A DNA stretch of 64,000 nt from Octopus bimaculoides (Eukaryota): contig NC_068992.1 in assembly GCF_001194135.2 (NCBI RefSeq), forward strand, positions 55,328,723 to 55,392,722. Reading direction: 5' to 3'. Position numbers and translations under genes: made by a program. This document shows, in pieces, positions 55,151 through 64,000 of this stretch. Under the pieces are notes generated by a model, which was not told the origin of the DNA, did no database searches, and was given only the letters and a program-made list of their open reading frames with translations. Numbering within the stretch: the stretch's first letter is position 1; every line of letters starts with the position of its first letter.

Positions 55151-56789
55151 CTGAGACATGAACATACAAGACCACTAAATAATACCTAAACTATGTCCTG
55201 TAGAGGGTGCTACGCAGAAGTCATTAAAGTTCAGTATTCAAGGAAGATAACCCAGCAGTTACATATGTGCAGCAATGACCCATTTGAAAGCTTTCTGTAT
55301 CACAGATGCGAAAGTTTGGAAACAGCTATGGACGTTTCCCCTCCCTGTCTTCAGCATAAATCATAAATCAGAACACTTGTTTTATTTATTTATTATCTCG
55401 TTTACATTCTATCTAGTGTCAGTGGCAGTATTCAGAACATGAGAAAATAACAATGATATCCTGATCTACATAAATAAAAACAAGAAATCAAACGAGACAA
55501 CATGGTAAGCTAACATTTTTATGTGGTATAGTAGGCTCATTTCAGCGAATAAAGTGAAATGTGATAAAAACATTACGCATTTGCGGCTGGTAACACAAAT
55601 GCTCAGATTATAAGCCAGCCGTGTTATAAACTGTAATACATCAATTTTTCATATGATGCTATTTAGGGTAACAATCACCGTATTATTCTTATTACTGCAT
55701 GCTATAGAAAAAGGGAGACACTTAATCATTACTGCGGGAATAATTCAAGCAGTTTGCATGCAAATGGCGGAACATAGAACGTGTAAAAATTTTCAAGCTT
55801 AAACTAAATTTATTTGAAGCATGAAAATGATGTAAAGCGACCGTAACAGCAAACCTACTCCCACAGCAACCCAAGTATTATATATCACACTACACTATAT
55901 TTCAGAACTCTACTACCCTATGGTGTTACACTAGATTGCATTACATTTCAAACACACTACATTAAGTAATACAGAAGGAGTAGCGATGTGTTTGATCGAC
56001 CTGCAAGGAATGACAGCTAAAATTCCCTCAAATAATTCACTTACCTCTTATAATGAAAGCAACGGACACATTAATGTAGAGAGATATAACTCTAAAAGCA
56101 TAAAACATTATCAGAGCTTGAACGCTTTCCACTATATGCCAACTTAATCTCGGTTGTTCATGGTCCATACAACAAAACAACCTTATTTCTTAGTGAGTCC
56201 CATAAAAACTATAGAATTTCAGGATCGAATCTTCGTTCCATCAACTTCATGCATTATCTTTAGTTAATACCTCTGGTAAATGCATCAACACTACAGTTCC
56301 CTCCTTTTTTATCCGGCAAAAACTTGTTCCGTTGCTATTCTATGAAAATCATTCAACCGGTAACACAGGGTTGACCAAAGCATGTACAGATGGGACATAA
56401 AGCTGTAAACTACCACCGTGTCAATAACCAATACAAATAATGTATACCACAACCGTGTCTGTACCTGATATATATTGCTGTATCTTACCGCTGTGTCTTT
56501 AGCCGATACGTAATGTTGTACTACAACCGTCTCTATAGCCGATATAATAAAAGAACAAAACTACCTCCAGGTTATACAAACTTACCGCTGTAAGTACGAG
56601 AACAGTATTCTTTTACTTGTTTCTGTAAGTCCACTGCAGCCATGCTGGAGCACCGCCTTCATTTTGTTCTCTTAATTAGCTTTGCTGAGATTAGTTTTTG
56701 ATAATGACACACTTATCGGTAGAAGAGAGCACCCAGAGTGATTAATTGTTCCACCAATTCATGCTGTAATGATATCTTAACTTTACATT

Positions 56790-57520
56790 GTTTTAATCAT
56801 CTAACTGCGGCCATGCTGGAATGCCGTCTTTAGCGGCTGACCTCAGTACTTATTTGTAAACCCTGGTACCGATTTTCTGGGTCTCTTTTTGCCTAACTGT
56901 TAAGTTACTGGGATATAAACAAGCCCACAGAGACACAACCCGGAACCATGTGGTTGGGAAGCAAGGTTCGTACCACACAGCCGCGCCTATATATAAAACA
57001 AAAAATAAACAATTTAGCAAAGAGTGGACAATTTTATTAAATTAATTATATAACATAGAAATAAGAGCTCTCAAATTCGTCAATGAAAATCCGAAAAGCT
57101 TTGACTTGGTATAAAAATGTGAATGTGTGTGTGCGTGTCGTTGTGTCTGCGTTTGAACCTCGCCACTGTTGATAACAAGCATTGGTGCGTTTAGTTCCCG
57201 TAATCTAGCAGTCCAGCCAGAGAGACCGATAGAATAAGTTCCAGGTTTAAGATAAATAAAGTACCGAGGTCAATTCGTTCGTGTAAAATTATTCAAAGTG
57301 GTGCCACAGCATGGCCGCAGTTTAATGACTGAAACAAGTAAAAAAACAACAAACAAACAAACGACGAGCTTCTTTTGGTTTCCATCTGCAATTTCACTAA
57401 CAAGGTTTTCGTTGGGCCCGGAGTTAAAGTAGAAAAGACTTGGTGAAGGTGACGGGCGGTGGGAGCGAACCCGGCACCATACGGTTAAGAAGGAAGCTTC
57501 TTACCGTACAACCAAGCCTA
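56790..57520. mobile_element. Three family C SINE fragments in alternating orientation (minus 56790-56990, plus 57120-57345, minus 57370-57520)
   Basis: ctgcggccatgctgga...; gagagaccgatagaataag...cagcatggccgcagtttaatgactgaaacaagta; gaacccggcaccatacggttaagaaggaagcttcttacc. Confidence 0.7.
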
Positions 57521-57639
57521 TAGTAGAAAAATCTATGAATGGATGGATTTCACGAGATTTATAACTGAATAAACAGCAGCAAGCGGCGATGAAATCCTGG
57601 GATCCGCGCGGTTGTATAGAATGAACATAGGCCGAACCA

Positions 57640-58304
57640 ATGTTTTGGCATGTGCATTGCGCGCGCGCGCATGGTGTGTGTTTAGGCGCGCGTGCGTGTG
57701 TAAGCGAGTGTGTGCATGTATGTTAGTGTGTGCGCGTGTGTTCGTGTGCGCCTGTGTGCGGCTGAGAGAGTAAGTCCGTGCATGTGTATAAGTACGTGTG
57801 CTGTGTTCGTGTGTGTGTGTGTGTGTCTGTGTGCATGTGAGTGCGTGCATGTGTGTTTGTGTGCGTTCATGTATGTGTGTGTGTGCGTGTGTGTGTGTGT
57901 GTCAGTGCGTGTAAGGGCGTGTGAGTGTGCGTAAGTGTGTGTGTGCTTGTGTTCGTGTGTGACTGCATGTGTTTGTTCGTGTGTGTGTGTGTGTGGAGGG
58001 GGGTACGTGCATGTGTGTGTGAGTGCGTGAATGTGTGTGCTTGTGTTCATGTGTGTGTGTGTGTGTATCCGTGCATGCGTATGAGTGTGTGTGCTTGCAT
58101 TTGCGTGTGTGTATGTGTGTGTGACTGCGTGTGTGTGTGTGTGCGTGTGAGTGTGTGCGTGTGAGTGTGTGCATGTGAGTGTGAGTGCTTGTATTCATGT
58201 TTGTGTGTGCGTACGTGTGTGTACGTGTGTGTGTACATGAGAGAGAGAGAGAGAGAAAGAGAGAGAAAGAGTGTTTTGCCTGTTTGTGTCTGTATACTTG
58301 TGTA

Positions 58305-58339
<35 letters not shown>

Positions 58340-58350
58340 GAGCATATATG
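57640..58350. repeat. ~700-bp degenerate (GT/GC)n alternating purine-pyrimidine tract, followed by (GA)n blocks
   Basis: Direct reading; source of the HTHT/CVCV ORFs. Confidence 0.9.
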
Positions 58351-60084
58351 AGAGGGAGAGAGAGGAGGGCTCGAGAGAAACTGTGTTTGTGAGTATGTGT
58401 ATAAGAGAAACTGTGTGTGAGTGTGCGTGCGTTACGCCTGTTTGTGTTTATGTGCGTTTATCTATTTTGTGTGTGCGCGTATTAGTGAGTATGGATGTGG
58501 GAGACAGAAAAGGAGTGAGAGACAGAGAGAGAAAGAGAGTGAGACAGAGAGACAGAGAGAGAGAGAGAGAGAGATAGACAGAGAATGAGAAAGTGGAAGG
58601 GATAAACTGTTTGAGTGTGTCTATGATAGAGGGAGAAAGAGAAAGGGTGAGAGAGACAAACTGCGCGCGTGTGTGTGTGTGTGTGTGTGTTTTACCTTTC
58701 TGTGTCTATGTACACTTCTGTACTTGTGATGCTTGTGCACGCTCGGGTGTGTGTGTATGTGAATGTGTATATATAGGTNNNNNNNNNNNNNNNNNNNNNN
58801 NNNNNNNNNNNNNNNNNNNNNNNNNNNNNNNNNNNNNNNNNNNNNNNNNNNNNNNNNNNNNNNNNNNNNNNNNNNNNNNNNNNNNNNNNNNNNNNNNNNN
58901 NNNNNNNNNNNNNNNNNNNNNNNNNNNNNNNNNNNNNNNNNNNNNNNNNNNNNNNNNNNNNNNNNNNNNNNNNNNNNNNNNNNNNNNNNNNNNNNNNNNN
59001 NNNNNNNNNNNNNNNNNNNNNNNNNNNNNNNNNNNNNNNNNNNNNNNNNNNNNNNNNNNNNNNNNNNNNNNNNNNNNNNNNNNNNNNNNNNNNNNNNNNN
59101 NNNNNNNNNNNNNNNNNNNNNNNNNNNNNNNNNNNNNNNNNNNNNNNNNNNNNNNNNNNNNNNNNNNNNNNNNNNNNNNNNNNNNNNNNNNNNTTTTTTT
59201 TTGTCTTATTGTTATATATGCTTCCAATTTGTTGTTGTTTGATTTTATTGATAATTAACTTTTTTTTTATGAATCACGTTCGCTTAATTTCGATTTCTTT
59301 ACGTAAACATGAACTCGCCGAGCAAATATAACGTATTTGACTTCAGACCAACAAAATCTTACAGCAGCTGTAGTAGTTACAGTGTTTCTTTGTACTAGTT
59401 CACTTAATCGGACATCATGGAAGTGGAGATGTCCCACACGAAAGGAAAAAGGAAGAAAAAAAGAAATTCGAAATATAAAAAAATATAAGTTTCACCAGTT
59501 GTTTGGAGGATCGATGTTCACATACAAGAATAAATAAGAAAAGACATTATTAATCTCTCTGTCGGTTTATCGGTCTCTCTCTCTCTCTCTCTCTNNNNNN
59601 NNNNNNNNNNNNNNNNNNNNNNNNNNNNNNNNNNNNNNNNNNNNNNNNNNNNNNNNNNNNNNNNNNNNNNNNNNNNNNNNNNNNNNNNNNNNNNNNNNNN
59701 NNNNNNNNNNNNNNNNNNNNNNNNNNNNNNNNNNNNNNNNNNNNNNNNNNNNNNNNNNNNNNNNNNNNNNNNNNNNNNNNNNNNNNNNNNNNNNNNNNNN
59801 NNNNNNNNNNNNNNNNNNNNNNNNNNNNNNNNNNNNNNNNNNNNNNNNNNNNNNNNNNNNNNNNNNNNNNNNNNNNNNNNNNNNNNNNNNNNNNNNNNNN
59901 NNNNNNNNNNNNNNNNNNNNNNNNNNNNNNNNNNNNNNNNNNNNNNNNNNNNNNNNNNNNNNNNNNNNNNNNNNNNNNNNNNNNNNNNNNNNNNNNNNNN
60001 NNNNNNNNNNNNNNNNNNNNNNNNNNNNNNNNNNNNNNNNNNNNNNNNNNNNNNNNNNNNNNNNNNNNNNNNNNNNNNNNNNNN

Positions 60085-60121
<37 letters not shown>

Positions 60122-62114
60122 AATACATACATTTATGCATACCTATATATATATACACACATATATATATATATATATATACATGTATATACATATATGC
60201 ATATATATTGTGTAAGATATAAGTTAGAGGTAATGTAACAATCTAAGGCATAGATGTATCCATAAGCACTCCTGGTATTACCTCAGTGTGTATGGTCTTT
60301 GTTATAAGGTATACGGTAGTAGGTAATTTAAAAGGTAAAACCGTGGTTTAATACATATAAAGACGATAAGAAAATGGAGCAATAAATAACAGTGAGAAAT
60401 GAATCGGTGGTGTTATAAAGTCAATTATTTAATTAAGATTGCTTCAGAACACCAACGATTCACCTCTCAATGCNNNNNNNNNNNNNNNNNNNNNNNNNNN
60501 NNNNNNNNNNNNNNNNNNNNNNNNNNNNNNNNNNNNNNNNNNNNNNNNNNNNNNNNNNNNNNNNNNNNNNNNNNNNNNNNNNNNNNNNNNNNNNNNNNNN
60601 NNNNNNNNNNNNNNNNNNNNNNNNNNNNNNNNNNNNNNNNNNNNNNNNNNNNNNNNNNNNNNNNNNNNNNNNNNNNNNNNNNNNNNNNNNNNNNNNNNNN
60701 NNNNNNNNNNNNNNNNNNNNNNNNNNNNNNNNNNNNNNNNNNNNNNNNNNNNNNNNNNNNNNNNNNNNNNNNNNNNNNNNNNNNNNNNNNNNNNNNNNNN
60801 NNNNNNNNNNNNNNNNNNNNNNNNNNNNNNNNNNNNNNNNNNNNNNNNNNNNNNNNNNNNNNNNNNNNNNNNNNNNNNNNNNNNNNNNNNNNNNNNNNNN
60901 NNNNNNNNNNNNNNNNNNNNNNNNNNNNNNNNNNNNNNNNNNNNNNNNNNNNNNNNNNNNNNNNNNNNNNNNNNNNNNNNNNNNNNNNNNNNNNNNNNNN
61001 NNNNNNNNNNNNNNNNNNNNNNNNNNNNNNNNNNNNNNNNNNNNNNNNNNNNNNNNNNNNNNNNNNNNNNNNNNNNNNNNNNNNNNNNNNNNNNNNNNNN
61101 NNNNNNNNNNNNNNNNNNNNNNNNNNNNNNNNNNNNNNNNNNNNNNNNNNNNNNNNNNNNNNNNNNNNNNNNNNNNNNNNNNNNNNNNNNNNNNNNNNNN
61201 NNNNNNNNNNNNNNNNNNNNNNNNNNNNNNNNNNNNNNNNNNNNNNNNNNNNNNNNNNNNNNNNNNNNNNNNNNNNNNNNNNNNNNNNNNNNNNNNNNNN
61301 NNCTCCGACATATATATCGAAAGATACATACATACATACTGACATACATGGAAATATATATTATGTAAGGTCCAGTCACCATCAGCTACAAATCTTATAC
61401 GAAGAGTTCATTAAACATGAAAGAAACACTCCAGGTTGCGTAATTACTAATTTAAACAGCAAGCAATACCGTGTGAGTGACGTGTATTGTTACTAATTGG
61501 GGATAGTGTTCAAATCTTGGGTGGAGTAGGTGGCAGAGGTCGGGCCGATGAGTTCTTGTGATTAAAAAACAAGGATTAATCTATACACATACATCACTAA
61601 ATCTTTACCCCTGTTTACGGAGGTGGAGACACCCCAGCTTACATGTTGCTGTGTTAAGTGTCCCTAATATAGCAGTAAAACAACAGAATATGATAGAATA
61701 AGGTCAAGGCTGAAAAGAAAACAGGTGCTGGGGCAGATTAATTTGATTAAAAGTTCTACAAGGTGGTGCCCCAGTATGGCCGCAGTCTAATAACTATAAA
61801 CAAGTAAAAGATAAAAGAAAAATGTGTGTGCGTATGTGTTTTGCACCATTTCTGTGTACAGGCTGTGCACGTGTGCCGTGTGTGTGAGTGCATGTGTGTG
61901 CATGTGTGTGTGTGTGTGTGCATGTGTGTGTGTATGTGTGTGTGTGTGTGTGTGTGCTTGTACGCAAGTTCCTCTGTCTGCACGTGTACGTGTTTCTAGA
62001 TATATACACACGTATTTGATTTGATTGGGTTCAAAAGTTATATTAACACATATATAAATGGAGACGGACAGGAATATAATGATCACAACTGCATGCGTGT
62101 AAGAATTACACACA

Positions 62115-62156
<42 letters not shown>

Positions 62157-62244
62157 AACGCACTCGGGCGCACACACTTACGTACACACTTACACACACA
62201 CATGTGTGTGTTTGTGTTTCTGCACACCTGAGATAGATAGATAA

Positions 62245-62277
<33 letters not shown>

Positions 62278-62720
62278 AATTTTATACACACAACAATACA
62301 TCTAGGTGGTTAACTGTATATTTTAATGTGTGAGGGGTTATATGTGTGTGTATANNNNNNNNNNNNNNNNNNNNNNNNNNNNNNNNNNNNNNNNNNNNNN
62401 NNNNNNNNNNNNNNNNNNNNNNNNNNNNNNNNNNNNNNNNNNNNNNNNNNNNNNNNNNNNNNNNNNNNNNNNNNNNNNNNNNNNNNNNNNNNNNNNNNNN
62501 NNNNNNNNNNNNNNNNNNNNNNNNNNNNNNNNNNNNNNNNNNNNNNNNNNNNNNNNNNNNNNNNNNNNNNNNNNNNNNNNNNNNNNNNNNNNNNNNNNNN
62601 NNNNNNNNNNNNNNNNNNNNNNNNNNNNNNNNNNNNNNNNNNNNNNNNNNNNNNNNNNNNNNNNNNNNNNNNNNNNNNNNNNNNNNNNNNNNNNNNNNNN
62701 NNNNNNNNNNNNNNNNNNNN

Positions 62721-62773
<53 letters not shown>

Positions 62774-63081
62774 GTATGTATTTATGTGTATGTATGCGTT
62801 TGTACGTGCATATTAATACACGCATACATCTGTGTGTATGTATATATATATATATGCATGTGTGTTATGTATATATATATGTATGTATGTATGCATGTAT
62901 TAATATGCACGCACTGAGACAGACACACGCACACACATACACATATATAGAGAGAGAAAGAAAGGGAGAGAGAGAAACAGAAAGAAGGAGAGAGTGCACG
63001 ATATAGATCTAGATATACACATACTTGTATCACATATTACACACACACACACACACACAACACACATGTATACATATATAC

Positions 63082-63142
<61 letters not shown>

Positions 63143-63534
63143 CGAGTGTGTGTGCATACATACATACACAGTGGAACAAGCTAATTGGGGAAAAGTGACA
63201 AAAAGTTTCATTAAACAAACATGAAAACGCATCAATTCAAAACACAATCATCACCATCATCATCATCATCAACCTTGTTAATATCATTAGTACCAGTCTT
63301 CCCCTGCCTCACTCACTGTTTTTCCCCCCAGAAACAACTATAACAACAACAAAAACATCACAAATATTAAAACTGTTCACTATAAACGTTATCGCTTCAC
63401 TCATCGTCATTACTCTCATCAGCATCCCCTTCATCATTATCATCATCGTTTTCCTTATCACCCCCCTTCATTATAATCGTAATCATTAACAACAACAGCA
63501 ACAACAACAACAACGGTAGCGAGTATGTACTTAC

Positions 63535-63905
63535 CTTTCCACGCAGACGGCTACCAACGTCATTACCGATGCGTATAGAGATACGACCAGGAGGTATCTT
63601 ATGGCTTTGCACAAGGCCAGGCTCAAGAGCCACCCTCTATTGAGGACGAACTGCACCAAGTCAGGTATTCCAACCAGAAGCAAGATTAGATCTGCCACCG
63701 CCAGGTTCATAATAAACATATTAGTGACGGAAGTCCTCATTTTCCGGTCCGAGACCACGACGAATATCACGAGCCCATTGCCCACAATGCCGACCATTTC
63801 AATGAAAAAGAAAAATCCCGATAGGAAAATGACAGTCTGTTGCGAAGATGGTCCGACAGGAGTTTCGTTGAAGAACAGAGGAGTAGCGCTTGTGTTGTTC
63901 TCCAT
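63535..63905 (-). CDS. First coding exon of a class A (rhodopsin-like) neuropeptide-type GPCR: N-terminus, TM1-TM3, phase-2 intron within the E-R-Y motif
   Basis: Translation MENNTS...NET (N-glycosylation sequons), TM1 GIVGNGLVIFVV, TM2 NMFIMNLAVADL, ECL1 GWLLSLALCK, TM3 ...VAVCVER. ATG context gacATGG with an in-frame TAA four codons upstream. Exon ends GTG GAA AG|GTAAGT; the ORF-track stop is intronic. Ligand family cannot be assigned by eye. Confidence 0.95.
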
Positions 63906-63946
63906 GTCACCTTCTTAACAATGGGATAGAACACACTCACTGTTTG

Positions 63947-63979
63947 TCAGAACACGTTGAGAGGACGACACGGAAACAT
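63947..63979 (-). other. Candidate upstream ORF (MFPCRPLNVF*) 5' of the GPCR start
   Basis: ATG TTT CCG TGT CGT CCT CTC AAC GTG TTC TGA ends 41 nt before the GPCR ATG. Relevant only if this stretch is in the mRNA. Confidence 0.3.
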
Positions 63980-64000
63980 GTGTAGACGTTGCACAGCGAC

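Overview
AT-rich, gap-ridden eukaryotic genomic DNA. The tRNA-derived SINE families, decayed LINEs and very dense (TA/CA/AAT/TAGA) microsatellites look like a coleoid cephalopod (Octopus-type) short-read assembly; this is inferred from recognising the repeats, not from a search. The only host gene I can support is the first coding exon of a class A (rhodopsin-family) peptide GPCR on the minus strand (63535-63905: N-terminus, TM1-TM3, ending inside the R of the ERY motif at a GTAAGT donor). I found no downstream exon, so the other ~63.5 kb is probably one giant intron, or exon 2 lies in an N gap. That region holds three tRNA-headed SINE families, an (AAT)n-tailed retroposon, decayed RTE, Tx1/L1-like and restriction-like-endonuclease (R4/Dong-type) LINEs, a mariner derivative with two 5' ends and a MITE. 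Most notable: a minimal hammerhead-ribozyme motif downstream of a head-to-head palindrome of two tRNA-like Pol III heads (27566-27841), a second degenerate hammerhead of the same architecture (22684-22719), and several fold-back structures that would be dsRNA in the GPCR pre-mRNA. Nearly all long ORFs in the supplied track are microsatellite or N-gap artefacts.
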